From the IMG/VR virus record IMGVR_UViG_3300017971_000214, positions 1 through 64,000 of that record: a stretch of 64,000 nucleotides of DNA, one strand, 5' to 3'. Source of the DNA: a virus. Shown piece after piece: positions 17,191-27,721 of this stretch. The notes beneath the pieces were generated by a model. That model ran no database searches. It was given only the letters and a program-made list of their open reading frames with translations, and had not been told where the DNA came from. Position numbers and translations under genes: made by a program. Position 1 is the first letter of the stretch. The number at the start of each line of letters is the position of its first letter.

Positions 17191-18786
17191 ATGGCCAAGC
17201 CGTTCGATGATCTGCGTAAGCAGATGAGCCCCGAGCGCCGGGAGAAGAACCGCGGGGACGCCGAGAAGGAACTGGCGGGAATCGAGGACTGCGTGAACCC
17301 GTCGAAGGGCTTCCACGATCTGTCCTTCAACCAACTCGCCGAGCGCGTCCACGCCCTCGCCTGCATCATGGCCGTCGTCGATGGCCCCATGCCTACCCGC
17401 GAAGAGCTGGACGCAGGGCACGACGAGGCCATGGCCGTCGCCGGGAAGCTGTTCGAGCTGTCCGATGGCGCCGAGGAAAGCGCCCCGAAGAAGCAGCTCG
17501 CCCGGTCGAGAAGCTACGCCGCGGCCGTAGCGGGCACCCTGTTGGGAATCGCTGAGGGCCTGAAGAAGATCATCCCCGAGAAGGACCCTCCCGAACTACG
17601 ACTGCTCTGGGACGTGGCCCACGATCTCGCTTCCGAAGGTCAGACCTTCTACCCCTGCTCGCTCTGCGACCACTGCGTGTCCAACGACGAGGAAGCCTAC
17701 TTCTGCCTGAAGCACGAGCGCGGGACCGACCATGACGAGACCTGCAGCGACTGGAAAAGGAAGGTGGAGGAGTCGGCCCGAGCCCTCACCGTTTCAAGGG
17801 AGCTGGGGGCGAAGGAGATCAAAGAGTTGTACGAGGCCGGACCCGAGGGGCTGGAAGCGGCGGCGATCTACGAGCGAGCCCGAGCCCAGATTCAGACGCT
17901 GGAGAAGCAGCTGAACGACGCACGGCAGACGGCGCTGATGTTGGCGACGAAGGTCGACCGGGACCAGATACCCGACGCGGTGCACACGAAGCTGGACCTG
18001 TGGGAGACCGAGCCCATCGCCGAGCTGGCTCGAATGGTGGACGGCCCGCGGCAGCCGGAGGGGTTGCCGGACCCGAAGGACTGCGCGCCGCCTTGGACCG
18101 CCTTCTACGTGGACGGCTACCCCGAGGCCATCATGCCTGCCGGCCGACCGGGGGACGTGGCCATCGTCCGGGGGCTGCCCGAGGAGCTGGTGCAGAGGAT
18201 CATCCAATGCGCCAACGCCGGAGTGCTTCAGGACCGGCTCAAGCCTGGTGAGGTCGAAGAGGCTGTTGCCAACGCCCAGCGGCTGTTCGATGGGTCGAAG
18301 CGTGACGAGATCATCCAAGACTTCTTGGAGAAGACCGCACCGAAGGAGCGCGAGTGCAAGGTATGCGGTGAGACCTACACCGGCATGAGGATGATCTGCG
18401 GAAAGCACGAGTGCGAGATGACCCTGCAGCTTCGCGCCGTCCAAGGTCGTGCCATGCGCCCTATCGACTACTGCGGAGACAACGCGCCGCGAGGGGCGAT
18501 CTTCTTCAACGACTACGTCAAAGCCCCCACGCCTCCGCCCGAGAACCCCTACGAGTGGGAATGCCTCGGCAACGGCTTCAAGCTGAGCGTCGAAGAGGAC
18601 GCTAGCTTGACCCGCGTCGCCCACGTCTACCCGAGTGGGGACCCTGAAAGGCCATGGATGGGAGAGGCCCATTGCGGCGTCTGGGGCATCAAGCGCCCCA
18701 CGTTCCGAACGAAGGAAGAAGCGAAAGCGTGGTGCGAGAAGAAGATCGAGAGTCCAAGAGAAGAGACACCCGAGGAGACGCAATGA
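17191..18786 (+). CDS. large mosaic hypothetical protein
   Basis: 531 aa ORF with strong codon bias. Confidence 0.7.
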   Translation: MAKPFDDLRKQMSPERREKNRGDAEKELAGIEDCVNPSKGFHDLSFNQLAERVHALACIMAVVDGPMPTREELDAGHDEAMAVAGKLFELSDGAEESAPKKQLARSRSYAAAVAGTLLGIAEGLKKIIPEKDPPELRLLWDVAHDLASEGQTFYPCSLCDHCVSNDEEAYFCLKHERGTDHDETCSDWKRKVEESARALTVSRELGAKEIKELYEAGPEGLEAAAIYERARAQIQTLEKQLNDARQTALMLATKVDRDQIPDAVHTKLDLWETEPIAELARMVDGPRQPEGLPDPKDCAPPWTAFYVDGYPEAIMPAGRPGDVAIVRGLPEELVQRIIQCANAGVLQDRLKPGEVEEAVANAQRLFDGSKRDEIIQDFLEKTAPKERECKVCGETYTGMRMICGKHECEMTLQLRAVQGRAMRPIDYCGDNAPRGAIFFNDYVKAPTPPPENPYEWECLGNGFKLSVEEDASLTRVAHVYPSGDPERPWMGEAHCGVWGIKRPTFRTKEEAKAWCEKKIESPREETPEETQ

Positions 18787-18803
18787 CCAAACCCGTTCTG
18801 CCT

Positions 18804-18860
18804 GAGAGTATGAAGCTGCCGGCCATTGCGATCATGACCGGCCTGCGCCAGATGTTCCCC
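18804..18860 (+). repeat. 57-bp direct repeat, copy 1 (copy 2 at 20125-20181)
   Basis: Both copies encode ESMKLPAIAIMTGLRQMFP; they differ at 2 positions. Confidence 0.9.
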
Positions 18861-19507
18861 GCCCTCCCCAACGCGGGGGCGCCGGTTCCAACTCGGGGGC
18901 CGGACGGTGCGGGACTCGGAGCTGTACGCCAGAGTGATGAATGGAGCTGTCATGGCGATGTGGGAACATGATCTGAAGAAGCACGCCGACAAGGTCGACA
19001 ACCCCGAGGCACTGCCCTCGGACGCACACTACGTTCTGCTGCTGTTCAAGGAGCGATCTGTGTACGTGGCCGACCACATCAGCGCATTGGCGGACACGCC
19101 GACCCGAGGCTACCCGGCCCACGATGTCTCCTTTCGAGGCTGCGAGTACTGGGTGGCGAAGGACGGCCACGAGATGTCCGCCGTCATCGAGCTTCTGGAA
19201 GAGGCCAAAAAGAGCTGCGACTACAGCAGCAAGCCCACCTACGTGGTGCTCAGGGCCAAAGCCCTGAAGGTTCGAATGCAGCCGATGCTGGATGACTTCG
19301 ACGAGCTATGAAGATCATATACAAGGGTCCGCACGAGAGTGTGGTCAAGAAGGTCGTCTGCAAAGAATGCGGGGCGACCATCGAGTACGTACCCAATGAC
19401 GTGGAGACCCTGTGGTCCGGCAAGGACTACGACGGGGGGCCGGACGGGGCCACAGGATTCAAGTGCCCCCAGTGCGGCAAGAACGTGATCCTCACAAGGT
19501 GGTAGCC

Positions 19508-20101
19508 ATGAAAAAGAAGAAGACGAAGGTTCAGAAACGGCCGACCTTTGCTCAGCTGCGGGACGCGCTCCGAACATCGGAGATCGAGGGAGATATGCTG
19601 AAGCAGCAACTCAAGGACAAGGACGACTCTCTTCGAAAGGCGCGCGCACAGGTCAGGGAGTTGCGAAAAGAAGCCAAGGCGTATCAGCAGGCCAAGGAAC
19701 AGCAGAGGAGAGCGCAAGAGGCTTTCGACCACTCTTCCCCTGGGGAGCAGTTGAAGGCAACGACCAACGTGCTGCGGAAGCTGCACAAAGATCGGCTGAC
19801 GCTGCTTACGACCTACCCCGCTAGGTCTTTGCTGTCTGTGTTTTGCTCGACTCGCGCCGACGAGGTGTCCGAGGAACTGCGGGAAACCAGGGCCTCGATG
19901 GAGGATGCCAGGGAGAAGATCAAGAACATTGCCGAGGGAACTTCCGTGACGGACGCCTCGGAGCTGATGGTACTGGACGACATCGTCCGCATTCTCATCG
20001 AGCGCACGGCGTTACTCACCAAGCTGGAGCTGGGATGGCGTCGGGAGAGTGTTTCTTGGGACGTGGCTTCGCCTGCAGTCCCTTGTTACCGGGAGCCGTG
20101 A
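19508..20101 (+). CDS. hypothetical coiled-coil protein
   Basis: Coupled ORF with heptad-like composition. Confidence 0.6.
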   Translation: MKKKKTKVQKRPTFAQLRDALRTSEIEGDMLKQQLKDKDDSLRKARAQVRELRKEAKAYQQAKEQQRRAQEAFDHSSPGEQLKATTNVLRKLHKDRLTLLTTYPARSLLSVFCSTRADEVSEELRETRASMEDAREKIKNIAEGTSVTDASELMVLDDIVRILIERTALLTKLELGWRRESVSWDVASPAVPCYREP

Positions 20102-20564
20102 TGTCTGATTCTCCAAAGCGGCCCGAGAGCATGAAGCTGCCGGCCATTGCGATCATGACCGGTCTGCGCCAGATGTTCCCCAAGGTTCCTGAGGACCGCT
20201 TCCGCGAGGTGGTCACCACCGAGCTGGCCAACGCCGCCATCGAGACCGCCACCATGAAGGAAGACCCGGACTTCAAGAAGCTCGCGGTGGAGGTGGCCGA
20301 GCGGGTCAAGAAGAAGTTGAGGGAGGAGCTGTCGTGACGGTCACCTTGGTCACTTTGGGTAGCGACGAGGACGCAGCGCGCTTCGTGGGGAAACGCGTGG
20401 AGGTCTATGTGGAGACCGGCAACTTCGCACGCGTCGTGGGCTTGGCCCCTAGCGATGAGACCTACGAGGGCATCATCGTGCGCGCCCACCGTCGTGCCTT
20501 CGTGCTGGAAACAGATCAGGGAAAGGTCAAGTGTACGTGGGGCCAGTTACGGAGAGAGCTGCCA

Positions 20565-21091
20565 TGAGCGCGCCTGAGTCTAAGTCCGTGCCTCGGAAGT
20601 ACTACGGGGTGTTCCGGCGCAAGGGGCTGAACAGCGTCTACTCGAAGCGCCGCACGGTGGCCCACTTCTCGGACTCCGACCCGAGTTCCAAGTTCGGGGA
20701 GATCGAAGAGGGGGATCACTTCATCGCGATGGGCCGGTCCGGTGCCGCCGAGCGCGGGCTGCTCTGCCACGTGGTGAAGGTGAGCCGCGAGCCGTTGCTG
20801 GAGCTGCTGACCGGGGAAGAGCTGGTCAAGCTGGACTGCGCCGGGGAGGGGCAGCTCGACGAGTACTTCGAGTCTTGGGACGAGTTCCACCCTGACGCCA
20901 AGGCGGCGACCAACCCGATAGCGCTGCGCGTCGAGTTCGAGCCCACGGATACCTGGGTAGACATTCCGCAGTCGCCCATGCAGACGATCATCAACACGAT
21001 GGCTCGGGTAGCGTATGCGGAGATCGTAGCCATAGAGGACGCGCGGGTGTTCGCCGACCTCAACCGCTGCTTGGAGGGAGCACCGCCGTGA
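20565..21091 (+). CDS. hypothetical protein, possibly ASCH/PUA-like
   Basis: KRRTV... and F..W......W/A..NP...RVEF resemble the ASCH pattern only weakly. Confidence 0.4.
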
Positions 21092-22279
21092 GCCGGCTGA
21101 GCACTCACGCTCGGTTCGGAAGGAAGCTGTGGTTCACCGGGCATCTGAAGCGCACCAAGGATGGGCGCTTTATCTGCGCACTTCACCCCGATGTTCGCCT
21201 CGTACACCCGCGCCCTTCTAGTTGGATCTGCCCGGTCTGCTACGAGTCCTACGAGCAGAAGCTCGGAAGAAAGACGATCACGCTGTGGCGGCGCCGGCTG
21301 CCCAAACCGCGACGGACGTTCCCCATGCACCGGACGAGACCCGCGAGGGAAGAGACATGACCATCGACGAAGCGTGGGACCGCTGGCTGAACGCGCAGCC
21401 TGTGATGTCGCACGAGGCGCTGAAGGCGGCCAAGACGGCGTTCTACGCGGCGTTCCCTGCGGGCGGTGGAGCGCGGGCGGAGCGCATCGAGCCGGTCATG
21501 AGGGCGGCCCGCAGTCTGGTGCACGAGCAGGGGGACCACAACGATCTCTTCTGCGCGTTGCAGCGAGCCTTGGAGGAATACGATCGTGAACTCACCGGGT
21601 GACTTGATGCTTCAGATGCTGACCGCATACCGCAAGTTCGTCGAGCGGGAGGGCCACGTGGTGGTGGTTCTCTACGGCGACAACCTCGCGGCGGTGCTGG
21701 AGCCCGACGCTCCGCGGGTGCAGGCACTCATCAAGGGCATCGACGAAGAGACGGACATGTCGGGAAAGAAGACGGAGGCCAACGGGACATGAAGGTCAAA
21801 GAGCTGATGATGGCGCTGGTTGGAGTCGACCCCGAGATGGAGGTCGTGATGAGCGCCGATGCCGAGGGCAACCACTACGCACCACTTCGGGTGGTGGACA
21901 CGGACGGCAACAACTACGGCGATGGGGAGATCGGACTCCGCGAGCTGACGCCTGCGTTGCAGGAAGAGGGCTACTCCGAAGAGGACGTGATGGAGGGCGG
22001 GAAGCCGGTCGTAGTGCTGTGGCCATGATGGGAGACGCCGAACCATGAGAGAAGGCGCTGAAGAAAATCAGAGAATGGCGATGCTGGCAGACTTGATCTC
22101 AAGTGTTCCTGCCGACCACCCGAACTACTTGCCGGTGCTCCTGATGCACGAGATGCTGCTACAGCTTCGAGATCTGCGATGCGAGGCATCTGATCACCAC
22201 CATGCCTTGGCTGTGCACAACAAGTACGTGCGGGGCATGCTCGTTGACATTCGGAACGCCGTCGATGATGAAGAATGTG

Positions 22280-22627
22280 ATGTCGACTGAGCCTGACATC
22301 CACGTGACCTCCACGCCGGGCTGCGTCTCGGCTTCGATGCGGCACTCCAACGTGTGGGTGTCGCTGGCGGAAGCCAACGAGCTTCGACCGGGCTTCTGGT
22401 GGGTCTGCCGTGTGAAGGTTCACCGAGGCTGCGAAGGCAAGGGCATCGGGAAGGCCCTTGTTGGGGCCATGAAGGCTGCTTGTGCTGAGCAGGGTGCGGA
22501 GGTGCTTCAGGTCGCGCCAGGCGGTTACGACGGCGATACGGCCCGGCAACGGGGCTTCTACGCGGCGTGCGGGTTCGAGCCCGAGCCGGACGACCCGGAG
22601 GGGCCGATGTATTGGAGGCCCGAGTGA
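22280..22627 (+). CDS. GNAT-family acetyltransferase
   Basis: V....EGKGIGKALV (motif A) and FYAACGF (motif B). Confidence 0.8.
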   Translation: MSTEPDIHVTSTPGCVSASMRHSNVWVSLAEANELRPGFWWVCRVKVHRGCEGKGIGKALVGAMKAACAEQGAEVLQVAPGGYDGDTARQRGFYAACGFEPEPDDPEGPMYWRPE

Positions 22628-23771
22628 CCGTGGATTTTTGGATCCCCCTAGTCGTCGTGCTGTGTGGTGTAGGCTTTCCAGCGTGGTGGGCGCTGCGGGA
22701 GCAGCGCAAGAACATGCAGCTCCGTGAGGAGCTGGTGGTGGCCAAGATTCGTTTGGAGCACAAGGACGAAGAGATCGAGCACCTGCACGAAGAGATCGCC
22801 TTCCAGAAGGAGATGCGCAAGCACGCCGACGACTTCTTGAAGCAGGTGAAAGGTTGGATCTTTTCGCTGCCCGACGACGAAGACGAGGACGAAGAAGATG
22901 AAGATGAACCCCTTGACCCAAGCTGACCTTCGCGGCGTTCAGTGCCAGACCCCCGGTTGCGACCATCAGGGGCATGGGCCTCTGTTCCTTCACGGCCGCT
23001 GCCACCCCGAGGCGGGGACTTGGGCGAGCTACGAAGATGGTGTGATCACCATCGTGTGTGCCACTTGCGAAAAGCTCGTGGTCAAGGTGGCAGTAGCGGA
23101 GGGCGGATCATGAGCCGGTTCGACAACCTCCAAGTCCAGATAGCTGAGGCACAGCTCCGCACTATGAAGGAGTTGGAGGCCCACGCCACCAAGCTCAGAG
23201 CCTTGGAGCTAAAGAAGGCCGAGACCGAGCTGGACACTGCCCAGCGCCTCAACCTGCTGGCGGTCCGTCTTGGCGACGACCAGAACCTACCCCCTATCAA
23301 GTTGTCCTAGATATGGCTCTCAACACGAAGCTGAAGCTGAAGGTGGCATTACTCTCCACGGGAAAGAGCCAATACGTCTTGGCTGGAGTTGGGGCGGCCA
23401 CTGGTCCCCACGCATGTGAGGAGCGCGAGGTATGAGGTTTCCCTGGATCAAGATCGCCGAGTTCCTGCGGCTCCCCGACCCCTACGAGCACCTCGACGGC
23501 TGGGCGTTCGACGGCAAGCGGGTCTTCGCCGACACGTTCGTCCAACGGAGCGGCCCTCCCGACGGGGAGATCCCTCCGGCGGGTTCTGACTGGTGGTGGT
23601 CCTACTTGGTCGGGAAGTCGTTTCGCCGGGACTGGATCTTCGACAACCGGCGAGAGGCGGTCGAGTACGCTTTGGAGTATCTCGACAAACGCATCGAGCG
23701 CTTTCAGGGGATCCGAGAGCGCGTAGTCCACGAGTGGAAGGGGCACCTGAAGGTCGCTGACGCCTAGGGAC

Positions 23772-23791
23772 ATGCGTCCATGTGGACGTAT
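23772..23791. repeat. 20-bp imperfect palindrome, copy 2, inside a longer hairpin GGGACAT..ATGTCCC
   Basis: Identical to 4463-4482. Confidence 0.8.
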
Positions 23792-25776
23792 GTCCCCTAC
23801 CTGGGGTGTGGTGATCGGGTCCGAGCTGCGGTATTGTTGGGCAGCTAGGAGTCCAGCATGCGCAACAAGAGCGAGAGCGTTCGAGAAGATCTGGAGTCGG
23901 TTGGGATCTTGTCCGAGGACCCTGCACTCAAGGCGTTCCAGGCTGCCTACAACATCGCGAAGGACCTGAAGGCCAATCCGGACTGGGACAAGCGCACGCA
24001 GCAGATCGCCAAGAAGTACTTCGATCTGACGCACAAGGCGGCCTACGAGAAGGACCGAGTGAAGGGGGCTAGGGAAATGCTCGACCAGCTCCGAGCCGAG
24101 CGGGACGCCGCGGAGTCTCTTGCCAAGGTCGCGGCCAGCCACATCAAGTTCTTCAAGGCTGCCTTGGAAGCCCACCTGAAAGACCAGGACTAGCCTCCGA
24201 TGGGCCGCCTGCAGCGCCTCTCCGCCGAGGCCGGAGCCATCACCTCTCGGGATCCCAAGAGCCCCGAGGCTATTCTGGACACCGCCAAGTCCGAGGGCCT
24301 ACACGTCCCGAGCAAGTACGACGTGGACCGCCTCGGGCGCCTGACCTTCAAGCTCGGCTCCGTCAAGTACACCTACACGTGGGGGCACAGCGCCAAGAAG
24401 CTGTTCGTCAGCCTCACCGTGGATGGCAAGACGTACACCGGGACGAGCGTGGCAGCGCTGAAAGACCTCGCCGACGCACTCAAGAAAGTAGGTGTGAAAT
24501 GAGCCCGAGCCCCTTCCGCCGAGCGAACCTACTGCTCGAAGAAATCCGAGACCGTCTCAACGAAGGGCGCCCCGAGTGGCCCGAGCGCGTGCAGCTCTAC
24601 AGCTGGGAAGTCGGGGGCCGCACGCAGATCTTGGACGCCAAAGGCAAGAAGGTCATCGAGGTCGCCAACCTGAAGACCGCCAAGAAGCTGCTGCACATGC
24701 GGGGCTACAAGCCCGACAGCAAGAGCAGCATCCTCTGGTGGTCGAAGAAGTAGACCCGCCCGCGCCAACGCCCCCTACGGCGAGGCGCAGGTTCCTGGCG
24801 AGCATATCAGCGCGAGCGGGCCATCTACTACTGTGCGCGAGCGCGCTGGAAATTTCACCGCCCCTGCTCTTTTTCCGCGAGGGCTTTGGCGGCGTCCTCT
24901 ATCAACGCCACGTTGAGCAGGAAGGCCGCGATGAGTACGCAGCCTGCTACACGCCACCAATCCTCTTCGACGAAGTTGGCGCTCGCCATGACGACACAGA
25001 GGGCCGACAGCACGACCTTCCAGCTCACTCGCAAAGCAGCACCTTTTTCTCGGACTGCTTCACCCACTCCAAGTCTGACCAAACTACCTCCACCAACGGG
25101 TGCTTCGACTTGTGACTCGTGCTCGGGTTCATCGCCAGCAGGAACCGAGGGAGAGAATCGCTGCCCATGTAGGCCGCGACGATCTCTCCCTCCTTCCCCC
25201 GATGAGCATAGGCCGGGATGTCGGCCCCCGCTTTGATCTTGGCGGTGCTGCCGACGAGGTTCGTGTGAATCGTGGACATGGTGGAGAGCCTACACTACAA
25301 ATGTAGACCAGTCACGTTATGGTGTCGGGCCTGTCGGTCCGGTTGGACACATCAGGCCGTCGCCATCGAGCCCCACAGCGGGCGCAGTACTTGGCGTACT
25401 TCAGGTCGCCCATGTGGATCTGACCACATGTGCACCACCACCCCATGTAGCGAGGCGGTCCTGGGATCTCGATGGTCTCGATCTCCAAGTCGACCTCGGG
25501 AACCTCACAGGAACTCGAACTCACCGGGCTTCTCCTTCGGCTCTTCCTTGTCGTGGTCCGGCCAGCGCCCTAGCAGCTCCAAGCGCTCCCGCTCTTCTCG
25601 GCACCGTTCACAGGCGATGCGCTCGATAGGGCACCACCAGAACGCCAAGGTCTCCGTGACGTTGTTCGCCAAGATGGGCGCGAGGTTTCTACCGCAGAGA
25701 GTGCGGCACTCCTTTTCCCCGAGCGGCTTGTCCTTCTGCGCCTCGTCGAACTCGTAGTCTCGGTGATGACGGATCA

Positions 25777-26892
25777 CTACCAGCTCCCATTGCGCACGCC
25801 GTCCGCGCACTGAATGACCTTGTCGGGAGGCACGACCACTGACTCGTTGCTGGGGAACACGCCGATGCCTTTCTGGAAGCCGAGCGCCAGCACGCTCTTG
25901 ATGGCCTTCAGGTTCTTGCCTCCCTCGGCGATGGGCACGCCTTCGAGGTAGTGATCGAACCAGGGCATCCCCCGCTCGGCGTAGCGCTCCGCAGTACACG
26001 GCGTGGGAGGGGGCTTGTGCTTCGTGATGGCTTCCCAGGCGAAGCTGTTGGCGAGATGCACGTAGACCCGGCTCGACATGCTGCGCTTGGCCCACACATT
26101 CTTGCCGAAGGGATCCTTGTGGATCTGCTGCTTCATCTTGCCGCCGGCCCCGAGACCCATATCCGCCTTCACCGGAATGAAGTGGTCCTCGGAGGCTTCC
26201 ATGGCACACCAGTCCATGGTCGCTGCGCCGGCCTGGTCACTGAGAAGGATGCCCTTCGTCTTCACTTCGCCTGCGCTGCGCATGGCGCACCGGCGAGCTG
26301 AGCCTGGACGCTGAGGCTTCGGCTTCGGGTAGCGCTTCTCGTACTCGTCCCCCTTCATCGGGTAGACCTCGATCTGCACGCCCCCGAACTCCTCCTTGCC
26401 CGTCACCTGCTGCTCCACCGTCAGACCCCAGCCCAGTGGCATCGCCACGAACTGGCGGATCTGCTCCTTGTCCACGCAGAAGCCGTCCAGCCAACGCTGC
26501 GGAGGCGCCACCATGTAGTCGCCCTTCTTCATCTTCTTCGTCCACTCCTCACCGTTCACCGCGTTGACCTTGCCGGCCGCCACGCGGATGGCGAAGGGGT
26601 ACGGCGCTCGACCGAAGACCCGATTGGGCTTGAAGTTCAGCCACATCGCTTCGGCCTGATACATCGGCAGCATCACGCCGCCGTGCTCGACCCACTCCGC
26701 AGGGACTCGATCCTTGCAGTCGTCCACGAGCTTCACCGGGAACGTCCCGAAGCCCGGAGGAAGCGGATAGGTCTTGTCGTCGTCGGGGATCCTGAACGTC
26801 CGCTGGAACTCGACCTCCAGCTTCGCTTCCGGATGCACCTCGGGGAACTCGAACACCAACACGTTTCGCTGCAGCTCCAACATTTCGATCAC
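25777..26892 (-). CDS. conserved uncharacterised protein (FQRTxRIPDD..YPLPPG family)
   Basis: FQRTFRIPDDDKTYPLPPGFG, LPMYQAEAMW, QRWLDG, RQFVAMPLG and MGLGAGGKMKQ motifs. Confidence 0.75.
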   Translation of the reverse strand: MIEMLELQRNVLVFEFPEVHPEAKLEVEFQRTFRIPDDDKTYPLPPGFGTFPVKLVDDCKDRVPAEWVEHGGVMLPMYQAEAMWLNFKPNRVFGRAPYPFAIRVAAGKVNAVNGEEWTKKMKKGDYMVAPPQRWLDGFCVDKEQIRQFVAMPLGWGLTVEQQVTGKEEFGGVQIEVYPMKGDEYEKRYPKPKPQRPGSARRCAMRSAGEVKTKGILLSDQAGAATMDWCAMEASEDHFIPVKADMGLGAGGKMKQQIHKDPFGKNVWAKRSMSSRVYVHLANSFAWEAITKHKPPPTPCTAERYAERGMPWFDHYLEGVPIAEGGKNLKAIKSVLALGFQKGIGVFPSNESVVVPPDKVIQCADGVRNGSW

Positions 26893-27057
26893 CTCGTCCT
26901 TCCTCGCCGTAGGCCCGCATCTGAGCCTCCATCACTTTCGTCTTCAGCTCGGCGGGAGTTCCCCGCACGAACCGCGCTTGCTTCCCGGTCTCCCGGATGA
27001 CCGCCTCGATGGGACGGCCCTGCTTGTCGAACTGCGTGAACTCGACTTTGACTTCCA

Positions 27058-27525
27058 TCACCACTTCCCTGTCCGCACTTTCTTGGCAGTGTCTTCGACC
27101 ATGCGAATCGCCTCGTCCGGTTCGAGCTTCCCCACGTCGATGTAGTAGACGTAACGAATCTGAGCAGAACCGGCGGCCACGTTCAGTACGTGCCGCGCCC
27201 ACTCCGCGGTACTCATGCCCGCTCTAGCCGCCGCCCTCTGGTAAGCAGCGAGCGCCGCGGCTTCCACCCGAATCGAAAACGGGGCAGGGCGCTTGGCGTG
27301 CTTGCTGCCAGGCTTGCGTACCGGACGGTCCCCAAGCTCCTGATGGCGTTGCACGTGGCATCCGGTGCAAAGCCATTCGACTGCTAGCGGTTGGCTGTAG
27401 TCCGGATGGTGCGCTTGCAAAGGAACCTTCGCGTTGCAACACGCGCAGCGCTCAGGCCGAAGGATCGTGCCGTTCTTCAAAGCCCTCTTTACGGCCCGGT
27501 GCGCTTGCTCCTTGGCAGACTTCAT
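27058..27525 (-). CDS. HNH-type nuclease domain fused to an RHH-like DNA-binding domain
   Basis: CACC...AHHPDYSQPLAVEWLCTGCH followed by FSIRV...AAARAGMSTAEWAR. Confidence 0.65.
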   Translation of the reverse strand: MKSAKEQAHRAVKRALKNGTILRPERCACCNAKVPLQAHHPDYSQPLAVEWLCTGCHVQRHQELGDRPVRKPGSKHAKRPAPFSIRVEAAALAAYQRAAARAGMSTAEWARHVLNVAAGSAQIRYVYYIDVGKLEPDEAIRMVEDTAKKVRTGKW

Positions 27526-27682
27526 GGGTCCATTGGTAGTTCAAGTGAACTTCCAAGTCAACCCGGAAAGTCAGGCACCTTGCGTGCAGGCTGCCCCCGC
27601 AGATTCTCAAGCGTAACCAGAATCATCCGATGCAGCGCTTCCGGATCGGAAGGCAGGTGTTCGATGGTCATGCCGAGACCCA

Positions 27683-27721
27683 CACTACAATTGTTGACCA
27701 TCCGAGTCAATGTGGTAGGAT
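27683..27721 (+). promoter_or_regulatory. CACTACAATTGTTGACC box promoter
   Basis: TTGACC..TAGGAT at the start of a + strand operon. Confidence 0.7.

Noticed and set aside
20990-21070. Capsid-like AEI..EDARVF peptide at the end of ORF 20565-21091
   Set aside because: Too short to support a structural-gene call.
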